A stretch of 64,000 nucleotides of DNA, taken from positions 1,056,001 through 1,120,000 of the forward strand of contig CAWGMQ010000010.1 in the NCBI GenBank assembly GCA_963823665.1. The letters run 5' to 3'. Both the position numbers and the translations under genes were made by a program. The notes below the pieces were generated by a model. That model was not told the DNA's origin. It was given only the letters and a program-made list of their open reading frames with translations, and searched no databases. This document shows positions 9,019-21,230 of the stretch, piece by piece. The stretch is from an uncultured Planctomycetota bacterium. GTDB taxonomy: Bacteria > Planctomycetota > Planctomycetia > Isosphaerales > Isosphaeraceae. Numbering within the stretch: the first letter of the stretch is position 1; every line of letters starts with the position of its first letter.

Positions 9019-12000
9019 TCAGCGCGGCGTCGCGAAGACATCGGCCGGCAGATCACCCGCGGGGCCGGCCAGGACCGCTTCGGTCTCGACGCGAAACGCG
9101 GCAACCTCCATCTCTTCCTCGGCGGAGAGGCTTTTCTGGCCCGCCCGCCAGCGGACGGCGCGGTCGTAGCAGTCGCGAGCCTTCTCGCGGTCTCCCAGTT
9201 GGTGGTGGGCCATGGCCATGAAGAAGAGGTCGGTGGCGTCGTCCTGGCCGTGGCCGGCCTTCAGGCTCCGCCCCAGGATGGCGATGGACTCGGTGTACCG
9301 GCCTGCGCGGTATTCAATAATCCCCAGCACGCTCAGGTAGAACGCGTCGCGCGGGTTCAACTTGACGGCGCGGCGGACGAGTTGCAGTGCGCGCTCGGCG
9401 TCGCGGGTCGATCTGGGGCCATTGGCCGGCTTCCAGGCTATGTTATTGCGCCACCACGTCAGCATTTCTCGAATCGCGTGGTGGTCCATGTTGCGCTCAA
9501 TCGCAGCCTCCAGGTCGATCATGGCGGGCTCGTCTCGTTTCCGCATTTGGTCGATCTCGCCGAGGTCGGATCGAAGGTGAGGGTCGTCCGGGCGCAGGCG
9601 GATGGCGGCGGTGAAGTCGTCGCGCGCCTCATAATAACGTTGAAGTTGCTCGAAGGCGTGGCCGCGAAGGTGGCGGGCCTCGGCGTCGTTGGGATCGGTC
9701 TTGAGTCGGGTCGAGCACCGCTCGATCACAGTCGCGGGAGACGCGGGAGGCTCCTTCAGGTCGGCCTGGAGTGGCGGCAGGGGCGGAACGGACGCGGCAG
9801 CCGCGTCATCGTCCGAGTAGGCCGGCGCGTGCCAATCGAGCCCCATCTCGGCGAGTCGCTTGCGGATCGAGCCGCAGGTCCCAGACATAGACGGCCGGGT
9901 CATGTTCGGGAACCAGCACCAGACGTGAACCATCAGGACTGAACGTCGCCCATTCCACGTCGACCGGGTCGGGGCTTTCGAGCCGAGCGATCACGCGGCC
10001 GGTTTCCACCTCGACCAGGCGGATGATTTTGCTCGCGTCCATGAGCGCGACCAGCCGGCTGTCCGGGGAAAAGCAGAGCCCCGTACCACCGAGCTCCCGA
10101 ACAAGGGTCCAGGTTCCGGTCGTCCAGAGCTTGCATGGTCGGATATGCCGTCATCAGCCATTTCCCATCCGGGCTAAAAGCGACCGCCGTGCGCCGTATC
10201 GACGGGAAGCTCGGCCACCTTGCGGCAGTCACGGACGCGCCAAACCTGGGCGCCCAAATGATGACTACCCGTTGCCAGCCATTCCCCGTCGGGGCTGACG
10301 GCAACGTAACGGCATTCGTCCAGCGGTCCGACTCGGGTCAAGCGTTCTGAGATCAGGACATCGGCGTGAGTATGCCTGGCCGTGGCGATGATCCGGCCAA
10401 GCCGGTCCTCGGCGATATGGCCGGTGTCTCCTGCGAAAGGGCAGGTCGACGCGGTGGGCCGATGCGGAATTCACTTCGGTCCGGAGTCGAGCTGGACCGG
10501 CCATCGCTGCACGCCGGTCGCTCCGCTCGTGAGCAGGTCGCCGTTTGCCTCGAACATGACGTGCCTGGCGTGAACGATCGGCAGGAAGTCGCACTCGGTG
10601 CCTCGGGCCAGGTCCCAAAGAACAACCCCGATCGCCGAACCCACGGCCAGCAGCCGGTTGTCGCGGCGAATCGAGGGACGATGATAACCCATCCGCATCC
10701 TGGAGACATGGACGAGTGCTCTGTACTCGAGGGCGGGATCGACCTGGTACGTGGTCAATCGGTCCTCCGATCCGAGGACGATTTGTCCGTCCTGAGCTGA
10801 ACACGGGCGCTGTGGAGTTTTCGCCGGTCAAGCTGAGGACCGGGCGGCCCAGGACCGCGTCCCAAAGCCGCAGGCGGTTTTCCCAGCCGTTGCTGGCCAG
10901 AAGCTTTGCCCGCCGGGTGGAAAGTCGCCTGCAAGCCGCCGGTTGACGAGCCCTCGAGCCGTGCCCTGAGGATGCCGGAAGGGGCATCCCACAGGTCGAT
11001 CTTGAAATCCTGGCCCGGAGTCGCCAGAGTGGCGCCGTCCGGACTCCAGGCGACCGACGCCGGGCGACTCAGCGAAATCGTCCGGACGACGCGGCCCGAA
11101 TCGACTGTCGAGAATATGGCATGTTGGCTGGTTCGCGACCACGACTCGTGACGGCGATCTGGAGGCCGTCTGGGCGAAACGCCAGGTCGCCTACGTCTCC
11201 CAGGCCAGACCGGAGCCGGCGGGGACGCCCGGGCTCTCCAGGTCGTAGATCAGGACCTCGCCGTCGGGATGAGCAACGGCGATCCGCCGGCTGTCAGGAC
11301 TGAATCTGGCGGCTGTTCCCGCGACGGGGCCCGGTTCCTCGAGCGCGACCGTGTTTCGATCGACGTCCCAGACTGTCAGGGCAAATCCGGGATCATGGGT
11401 CGTCGTCAGGTAGCGGCCGTCCGGACTGAAGCCGAACACGACGATGTGTTGATCGCCTCGGGCCTGGAAGCGGTTGACTTCCTGGTCGTCGGCGACGCGG
11501 CGGACGAGGATCGTCCCCGACCGGAGCCGCAGCGCATATCGTTTCATGCCGGAATCGAAGCAAAACAGGTACGTTTCGGCGGGCTGTTTCGATCAGCCCG
11601 GCCGGTTGCCTGCAGATCGGGGAGCGCGAAACAGGCGATCGCCTCATCGCGGATGCCGGTCGAACTGGTCCGGCGGCAGCTTGAGCTCGCGCGCGATCGC
11701 GGTCGCCTTGGTCAGGGCATTCAGGCTCTCGAATCGCTGTCCGACCCGCCGGCTGAACCGCCGGGCGCCCGCCTGCGCCGTGAGCGACTCGAACAGGTTT
11801 TCTGTCGTCTTGCGATCGGCTACGCTGATCTGATCGCGCTGCGCGCGAAAAGTGAAGGCCGCCATGGTCGCCCCGACAGCCAGGATGACGATCGCCGCGG
11901 CGGCGATGCCGGCCATTCCGGCGACGAAACGATTGCGACGACACCAGCGCCAGGCTCGTTCCACGCCGCTGATTCGCCGCGCCAGGATCGGCCGGCCGTC

Positions 12001-13083
12001 CAGGAACCGCCGCAGGTCCTCGCCGAGCGCCTGGGCGGTTTCGTAGCGCTTGCCGGGCTCTTTCTGAAGACACTTGAGGCAGATCGTCTCGATGTCGCGC
12101 GGCACGCCCGGCACCAGCCGCGAGGGGGGGACCGGCTCGGTGGTCTTGACTTGCTCGAGCGTCTCGAGCGCGGTCGTGCCGCGAAACGGCGGCCGGCCGG
12201 TCAACAGCTCGTAGAGGATCGCACCCACCGCGTAGACATCCACGGCCGGTCCGGCCTCCTTGGCGTGCCCCTGAGGCCTGCTCGGGTGCCATGTAGCTGG
12301 GCGAGCCCATGACCGACTCGCTCTGGGTGAGCGCCGACTGGCTGTCCAGCATCTTGGCCAGGCCGAAGTCGCCGACCTTGGGCGTGCCGTCGGCCGCCAG
12401 GAGCACGTTCGAGGGCTTCAGGTCGCGATGGACGATACCCTGGCGATGGGCCTCGGCGATCGCCAGGGCCACTTGCTCGGCAAGCCGCGCCGCCCGCGTC
12501 GTGGGCCAGGGCGTGCCGTCGAGCTGAGAGTCCAGGCTGCCGCCGGCCAGGTACTCCAGCTCGAGAAACGGCAAACCATCGGCGTCGCCGATGTGGCGGA
12601 TCTGGACGATCGAAGGATGCTCGAGCCGGGCGATCGCCTCGGCCTCGGTCACGAACCGGGCGACGTCTTCGGGGCCGGCGTGAGCGCCGGCCAGGATCAT
12701 CTTGAGAGCGCAGGGCCGGTTCAAGCGGACGTGGCGCGCCTCGTAGACCACGCCCATGCCGCCGCGGCCCAGCTCGCCCTTGAGATCATATCCCGCCACC
12801 GTGGGCACGACGCGCGCCGCGCGCTCGTTGTTGCCGGTCGTCGCTCCGGCCGTCACACGCAGCGAGATCGACCACCAGACGGGGCTCGGCGCCCTTGAGC
12901 GTGATCAAGGTGGCCCGCCCGCGGCTCCGGGATCGCAAACCGCGGCATCCGTCAGCTCCTCCAGCGTCTGCTGGCACGATGGCGCAGCCTTCGACGTGCT
13001 GCTCCATCTCGTCGATCTCGGTGTCGTCGAAGGCGGTGGCCCAGCAGCCGCTCGAGGCGGTCGCGGTCCGGGCAGTCGTTCAT
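9019..13083 (-). CDS. Ser/Thr protein kinase with N-terminal zinc-binding anti-sigma-like domain, one TM helix, WD40 repeats and C-terminal TPRs; multiple frameshifts
   Basis: MNDCPDRDRLERLL...EQHVEGC; ELGRGGMGVVY, ALK, HRDLKPSN, DFG, YMAPEQ; FSPDG repeats; TPRs in ORF 9019-9933; broken over many ORFs. Confidence 0.85.
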
Positions 13084-13728
13084 TCGGTCCCTTCCAGCTT
13101 GCGGATCTCATCCCGGATCATCTTCTTGACCTCGCTCTTGGCCACGTAGACGCGAGCGACTTTCATCTCGAGCTGGGCGGCCGCGGTCGGCGCCGGAGCA
13201 TCCCTCGAGCGCGGTCAGCCGGAACGCGTCCCAGGTTCGCGGGGCGACCCGCGGCCGCACCACGTCCATCGCCTTCTCCATCAGCTCACGCTGGAATTCC
13301 TCCTCGAGGTGCTCGACGAGGTCATCGCCGGCCTCGAGGCTCTCGAAAAACTCGTCCATCCGGCTGTCGCCGCTGCCGATACCGGCGCGCTTCCGCTCGG
13401 CCACCAGGTCACGCCAGGCATGATGCGTGAGCGTCTTCAACCATGCCGCGAAAGCTCCGCGACGGATCATAGGCGAACTTCGCCATCAAGGAACTGGAGC
13501 TTGAGGAGCACGGCCTGGGTGACGTCGTGGGCGTCGGACTCCTTGCAGCCCCCAGCCGCGACACCACTTGAGGATCTGGGGCTCGTACCGTGCGACGAAG
13601 TCATTCCAGGCGGCCTGGTCCTTGGGGTCCTGGCGGAGCCGGCCCAGCAAGGTGACGCTGGTCCGCGAGGAGTGATCGTCTGACACGGAGATCGTCTCCG
13701 AGTGGCGCGGGGCTTTCGATTGCGTCAT
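13080..13728 (-). CDS. ECF sigma-70 factor (planctomycete kinase-associated type); frameshifted; alternative GTG start at 13686
   Basis: TSVTLLGRLRQDPKDQAAWNDFVARY, WLKTLTHHAWRD, RTWDAFRLTALEG, MKVARVYVAKSEVKKMIRDEIRKLE; stop overlaps the kinase start (ATGA). Confidence 0.85.
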
Positions 13729-13734
13729 CCGATA

Positions 13735-13940
13735 TGCAAGTTTGTTCGGCCCAAGCATAACTGAGCACGACACCAAAAAAAAGAATAGAGGCGTCTTAGG
13801 TTTTCCGGGGACGCGAGTAATGACTGGTAGACGACCGGCGGCTTGCTCCGATCTTTGGGCCGCACGGCGATGAGTTCGCGATCAGGCATTTTCAAGGGGT
13901 CAACGCAGGTTGGCCTCCTGGTATCGCTGTGCGCAGCGGG
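13735..13940. promoter_or_regulatory. Divergent promoter cassette, copy 2, between the ECF gene and the giant exported protein
   Basis: CTTAGG at 13795-13800, GTAAT at 13817-13821; similarity to 21022-21215 extends about 200 bp. Confidence 0.6.
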
Positions 13941-13984
13941 CAAAGGCTCGAAGACGTCCCGAAACACCTGGGAGGGTTGCAACG

Positions 13985-16900
13985 ATGTTCAATCCGCGAG
14001 AGAGACGCAGCGGGTCATTCGTCCGTGAACGTCGCCGGACCATGGCCCGCCGCAAGCTGGCAGTGGAAGCGCTGGAAGAGCGTTTCCTGCTTTCCAACGT
14101 CTTCCAGGTGAACCTATCGACCGACAACGGCACGGGCGCTGCGATGAATTCCCTGAGCTGGGCCATCGACCAGGTCAACGGCGACTCGAGCGACACGAAC
14201 GCGAGCCCCGACCAGATCGACTTCTCAATCGGGGGGGGCGGGCCGCAGACGATCATGGTGACGGGGGCCCTGCCGAACATCACACGGCCGGTCTTGATCG
14301 ACGGGACGAGCCAGCCGGGGCTGATACCCTCGGGTGAGGAACCGATCCTGATCGACGGCAGTGGCGTCACCGCCCCAGGCGTCAGTGGGCTTACCCTCTA
14401 CTACGGCTCCTACGGAAGCACGGTGAAGGGGCTGGCCATTGGCGACTTCAACAATAACGGGATCGTGCTCTATAGCGGGTTAAACACCATAGCCGGCGAC
14501 GACATCGGCACCAACCAGACCGGCACCGGCGCCCTTCCGAACTCCGAGGATGGTATCCTCATTTTCTTATCGAGCAACAACACGATCGGCGGCACCGCCG
14601 CCGGGGCCGGCAACGTGATCTCCGGCAACGCGCTTCCTGCCGATGACGGGCTCAACTCGTCCAATGGAGTGGGGATTTCGGGCGCAGGCGCGACCGGTAA
14701 CGTCGTCCTCGGCAACGACATCGGCACCGACAGCACGGGCGAAAACCCGCTGCCCAATGAGTACGCCGGCGTCCAGATCGATCAGGGCGCGAGTGACAAC
14801 ACGATCGGCGGCCTCACCGCGGGAGCCCGCAACGTGATCTCCTCCAACGGGATCTTCGGCGTGTACCTAGACGGCGCAACAGACAACAGCGTGGAAGGGA
14901 ACTACATCGGCACCGACGCCATGGGTACCTCCGCGATGCCCAACGGTAATAACGGCGTCGAGATCCTTTTCGCCACGAACAACACGATCGGCGGCACCGC
15001 GTTCGGGGCCGGCAACCTGATCTCCGGCAACCAGGATATGGAGGTCGAGATCCAGGGAACGGGCACGAACGACAACACCGTGGAAGGGAACGACATCGGT
15101 ACAGACTACACCGGCACTGCCCTTGTGGTGGGCACCGGTTATGCCGGCGTCGTGATCGATTACGGCGCCGCGGACAACACGATCGGCGGCACCATTGCCG
15201 GGCGCTCAACGTGATCTCCGGCAACGGGGATTACGGGGTCTGGATCGAACAGGGCGCGAGCGACAACACCGTCGCCGGGAATCACGTCGGTACAGACTTT
15301 ACGGGCACTGTCGGGCTGGACGAACAACGGGACGGCGTCGAGATCGATTACGGCGCCGCGGACAACACGATCGGCGGCACCAGCGCGGAGGCCGGGAACG
15401 TGATCTCCGGCAACTCGGAAGCCGGGGTCGAGATCGAGGGTTATGAAGGTGTCTCGCGCAACGTTGTCGAGGGCAACCTTGTCGAGGGCAACGACATCGG
15501 CACCGACGTCACGGGCACCCTCCCGGTGAGCAACGGTAACGGCGTCTTGATCGATCAGGGCGCCTCGGACAACACGATCGGCGGGACATCCAGCGCCTTA
15601 GCCAACACCATCGCCTTCAACCTCGGGAACGGAGTCACCGTCGGCAGCAGCCCGACCGACGGCACCACCGGCGATGAGATCCTCGGCAATTCGATCTACT
15701 CGAACGGATCGATCGATTCGAACTCGGGACTTGGAATCGACCTGGGCGACGACAGCGTCACCTTGAACGACTCGGAGGGGCACACCGGCCCGAACTTGTT
15801 CCAGGACTTCCCCGTCATCACCGCGGCAACCTCCGCAGCGGGCAACACCGAGATCTCGGGTACGCTCGTCAGTCCCGGCAGCCCCGTCGGCACCCCCTTC
15901 ACCATCCAGTTCTTCGCGAGCGTTGCCCCCGCCAATTCCTACTACGGCGAAGGTCAGACTTACCTCGGGGAGACGACCGTGGCGACGACCGACGCGTCGG
16001 GGAATGCCTCCTTCAACGACGTCGAGTTCCCTGTCGCCCTCATCGACCAGGACTTCATCACCGCCACTGCCACCGACCCGAGCGGGAACACCTCGGAGTT
16101 CTCGGAGGCGTTCCTGGCGCAGGTGACGCCGCCGATCGTCGTCAAGAACACGATGCCCTACGGACCGGATTCGCTCTACGCGGCGATCCAGGCGGTTGAC
16201 GACTCGAGTACCGCCCAGGTCATCGCGTTCAACATCCCGGTTTCCGATCCCGGTTACGTCGACGGCGTCTTCGTGATTCAGCCTCAAACACAACTGCCCG
16301 CCATCACGACGCCGGTCTTGATCGATGCGACGTCCCAGCCAGGGTACAAAGGCACGCCGATCATCCAGCTCGACGGCGGCGACGCGGGTGCGCCACCGGC
16401 CTGGACTTTGCGGCCGGTTCGGCGGGCAGCATCGTCAAGGGGCTCGACATCACGGACTGGAGTGCAGGGATCGTTATCGAGTACAACGCGACTGGCGTTC
16501 AGGTCATCGAGAACGATATCGGTACCGACCCCACGGGCACCGTCGCGCTGGGCAATGGCGACGGCGTGGTGATCGACGGTTCCGGGAACACGGTGGGTGG
16601 GTTAAGCCCGGCGAGCGGGAACTTGATCTCCGGCAACGTGGGCGGTGGCGTGGTTATCCAAGGCGAGGACGCGTTCGACAACACCGTGGAAGGGGACTAC
16701 ATCGGTACCGACAGCACCGGCGGCACCGACGGCTTTTCGGTGCCCAACGGGGACTACGGCGTTGCGATCGAGATCAGCGCCTCGGGCAACACGATCGGCG
16801 GCACCACCACCCCGGCCCGCGACGTGATCTCCGGCAACGGTTACAACGGCGTGGAGCTCGGCGGCACGGGTACGTCGGGCAATGTCGTGGAAGGTGACTA

Positions 16901-19900
16901 CATCGGCACCGACGTCTCGGGCACCGTCGCGGTTCCCAATGCCCAGGTCGGTATCGAGATCGATTCCGGCGCCTCGGGCAACACAATCGGCGGCACGACC
17001 ACCGGGGCATCCAATGTGATCTCCGGCAACGCTGGAGTCGGCATCTATCTCCGCGATTTGGACACGACCGACAACGTCGTAGAGGGCAATGACATCGGTA
17101 CGGACTGGACCGGCACAATCCCGGTGCCGAATGGCGACGGCGTCTTTTTTGCTGTCGGCGCCAGCAACAACACGATCGGCGGCACGACCGCCGGCGCACG
17201 CAACGTGATTTCCGGCAACGAGAGTGGCGGCGTGGAAATCTACGGCACGGGCGCGACCGGCAATGTCATCCTGGGCAACTACATCGGTACCGACGTCACG
17301 GGCACCGTCGAGGTGACCAACAATGACGACGGCGTCGAGATTTCTGGCGGCGCCACCGACAACACGATCGGCGGCACGACCGCCGGGGCCCGCAACGTGA
17401 TCTCGGGCGGATACCTCGGCATCGAGATTGACGGCGCCGGCTCGTCGGACAACACCGTGGTAGGTAACTATATCGGCACTGACTACACGGGCACCGTCGC
17501 CGTGGCTGAGGGCAATGGATTCGGCGTCGGGATCGATGGTGGCGCAACGGGCAACACGATCGGCGGCACCACCGCCGGGGACCGCAACGTGATCTCCGGC
17601 AACTCGGGCGATGGCGTGGAGATCATCAACACGGGCACGTCCGGCAACACCGTGGAAGGGGACTACATCGGCGTTGACGATACGGGCACCGTCGCGGTGG
17701 CTAATGGAGCGGGTGTCCTGATCGATTTCGGCGCGACGGAAAACACGATCGGTGGCACCACCGCCGGGGCGGGCGACGTGATCTCCGGCAGCCTGACCGT
17801 GGGTGTCCAAATCGCCGGCGCGGGTACGAACGGCAACGTGGTACAGGGGAATGCGGTCGGCCTCGACGCGTTTGGCAACGCTCTGGGCAATACCACCGAC
17901 GGCATCGACATTGTTAGCGGTGCATCGGGCAATACGATCGGTGGCACTGCGAGCGGCGCCGGCAACGTCATCGCGAACAGCATACTGGGGAACGGGGTCG
18001 TCGTCGGCAGTAGCGTGACCGACACCGCCAACGGCGATGCGATCCTCGGGAATTCGATCTACTCGAACAAGGGGCTCGGCATCGACCTGGGCGACGACGG
18101 CGTCACGCCCAATCATTCCTTGCCCACCACGGGCTTGATCGCCGGCGCTCCCAATGGCGATCAGAATTCTCCCGTGATCGCTTCGGCGACGTTCGTGCCC
18201 GACGTCTCTGATTCGAACGGCACGCTCATCGTGACCGGCTCACTTGCGGCTGACGCCAGTAACACCTACATCATCCAGGTCTTCGCCAACCCGGCTGCCG
18301 ACCCATCCGGGTACGGTCAGGGCCAGACGTTAATCGACTCGTTTGACGTGAGCACCGATGGAATCACCGGCAATGCGGTCTTCTCCAAGTCGCTTGCGAC
18401 TGCGAATCTCACCGGCGAAACGATCTCGGCCACGGCGACGGACCTGGCTGGCAACACGTCCGAGTTTGCCCAGGACATGAGCGTCGCAAGCGGCCAGGGA
18501 TCGAGCATCACCATTCCCACCGACGGCGGTGCGTCCGCGACGCAGGTTGCCCTCCAGGAAGCCGTTTCCGAGCTCCAAAACCTCCCCGCCGGCAGCACGC
18601 CGCCGCCAGTCTTGCTCCAGGTCACGAATACCAGTGAGCTCGATTCGGTCATCGCGGCGATCAACGGCCTTACTGCCGACGCTCAGCCGCCGATCATGGT
18701 GATCGTCGATCTTGGCGGCAAGATGTACCAGACCGACACACCGCTCAACCCTCCCAACGGCATCGACGCCATGATCCAGGACGGACACCTGATGGGCCGA
18801 TCGCCCGCGCTGATCGTGGCGGGCGGCATCGTGACCATCGACAACGTGCTCGCCACCAACGCCACGAGCACGCCCACGATTCTAGTCACGGGCGGCTCGT
18901 TGACGGTGCGGAACAGCACGATCGACGGGCCGCCCTTCACCGGCTTGGCCGCGTTTTCGATCACCGGCGGCACCCTTGACCTCGGCACCACAACCTCGCC
19001 CGGCGACAACACGATCAACATTTCCATGGACACGCAATTCGTCCAGAACGCGACGCCGACTCCGGTGCCGACGGTCGGTGACACGTTCAACGTCAGCGGG
19101 ACGACACAAACCGCGACCGAGCTCAGCTTCACGACCCTTACGGGCCCGATGACCTCGCCGCCCTACGGCCAGAGTGTGACGCTTAACACTTCGGTTGTGC
19201 CGGATTACCCCGGCGACCCCGCGCCCTCCGGCTCGGTCTACTTCCTCGACGAGACCACCGGCAAGACGCTCGGGCCGGCCCAGCTTTCCGGCGGCGTGGC
19301 GACATTCTCGACGACCGCGCTTGCTCTCGGCCAGAACGACTTGATCGCGCTTTACTCGGGCAATTCACGCTACCTGCTCAGCATTTCGGCCCCCATCACC
19401 GTGACGGTCGTCCAACCGGCCTTGCTTGTGACCTCGATCGCTTCCGTGTCTCCAAACCTCCGGAATACTTCGGTCGGGAGCATCGACGTCACCTTCAGCG
19501 AGCCGGTCAACCTGGCCACCTTCACCGGTACCGCTCTCTCGCTCACTGACAACGGCGGATCGAACCTGATCACGGTCGCCGTCACGGTGAGCGCGGTATC
19601 GGGCTCGACCTCAACCTATCAGATCAATGGCCTGTCGGGTCTGACGGCCGCGCAGGGCGAATACACGCTGACCGTCAACTCAGCGGAGATTCAGGACCAG
19701 AATGGTAACGCCGGCAGCAATTCGCTCTCGACACATTGGCTCATGGACACGACACCACCCACGGGCTCAATCAGCCCGCTGCCCGAGCGCGAGACCACCC
19801 TGGTCTTCCCCGTGACGGCCACCGGCACCGATGGAGGCTCACCCCCCTCGGGCATAGCGTCCTTTGACATTTACACGTCGACCAACGGCGGAAAATGGAC

Positions 19901-20992
19901 ATTCTGGACGAACGTGCCCGCCTCCAGCCCGACGGCAGATTTCACCGGTACGAGCAGCACCACCTATGCGTTTTACAGCGTGGCCCACGACCTCGCGGGC
20001 AACGTGCAAGCCGACAAGCCCTTCATCGAGGCCAGCACGTATGTGCCCGACCTCATCCCGCCGGTGACCACCGTCGACGCCACGACGGGGACGAACCCCA
20101 GCACGCTCAATAACACGACGGGAACCTTCACTCTCAACCTCACGGGCAGTGATCCCGGCGGCGGGCTGGTCACCTACTTCGAGGTGTTTGTCTCGATCGA
20201 CGGTGGCACCTACCAGGAGGTTGGACCCTACGCCATCCCGGCCGGCGCGCCGACAGCAAGGGGAACTACCATTCGACGGTACCTTATCAGGGACTCACGG
20301 ACGGCCAGTCGCACACCTACTCCTTCTTCAGCATCGGGCTCGACTCCGCCGGCAACCTCCAGAGCGCACCTGCGAGCCCCAATGTGGTTTTCTCGAATGA
20401 GACGTTTGCGGTTCCAGGCGACCTGGCGGTGACCAGCTTCTCGGTCGAGCACGACAGTCCCAGCCGGTCGTTCATCCGGTACCTCGACATCGGATTCAAC
20501 GAGAGCAATAGCCAGAGCGGCGGCGAGCTGACGACGATCGTCAATTCAATGGCAACCTCGTCGCCGGACATCCTGATCTTTAAGTACGACTTGAACGGAG
20601 ACGCGTCGAGCAAGACCGCGGTTCCGCTGGGCAGCCCGACGGTCTTTGACGTGATCGACCACGCGATCGAGATCGACTTCGGCTCAGGCGGCATCGGCGG
20701 CATCCCGACGACCACGGCCGCCGACGGCTACTACGAAGTGGACATCAAACCGCCGGGAGGTCAGGTCGCCGTGCACCACTTCTACCGGCTGCTGGGTGAC
20801 GTCAATGGTGACGGCATCGTCGACGCGAACGACCTGGACGAGATCGCCGCCAGCATCAACCAGACGTCGCCTATAGGCTGGGCGCCGCTGGCCGCCGATG
20901 TCACCGGTGCCGGCACCGTGACCGCGCTCGACTTGACGGTGGCCACGCGGTCGAAGGGGCGGGCGCTGGGGCAAGGACTTTCGCTGGGATAG
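13985..20992 (+). CDS. Giant (~2300 aa) LExRxLL-leader surface protein: many parallel beta-helix repeats, Ig-like domains, C-terminal dockerin-like domain; frameshifts at ~15200, ~16395 and ~20250
   Basis: VEALEERFLLS; NTIGGT...NVISGN...GNYIGTD repeats continue across ORFs 13910-15214, 15211-16572, 16566-20432 and 20384-20992; GDVNGDGIVDANDL...ADVTGAGTVTALDL. Confidence 0.8.
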
Positions 20993-21021
20993 GCCGGGTC
21001 CGGATGTGCGGACAACCAGGC

Positions 21022-21215
21022 ACGCTTGCACAATCCGAGCATAACCGAAGATGAGATAAAAAAATCATCCTGCGGTCTTAGGTTTTCGAGGAACGCAAGT
21101 AATGAATCGTAGACGACGGTCGGTTTGCTCCGGCGAGTAGGCCGCACGGCGGTGACTTCGCGATCGGGCTTCGGCAAGGGTCAACGCGAGTTGGCTTCCC
21201 GGTATCGCTCTGCGC
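21022..21215. promoter_or_regulatory. Promoter cassette, copy 3, with no adjacent ECF gene
   Basis: GCTTGCACAATCCGAGCATA shared with 3391-3410; CTTAGG at 21077-21082, GTAAT at 21099-21103. Confidence 0.6.
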
Positions 21216-21230
21216 AAATGGAAAAGAGAA

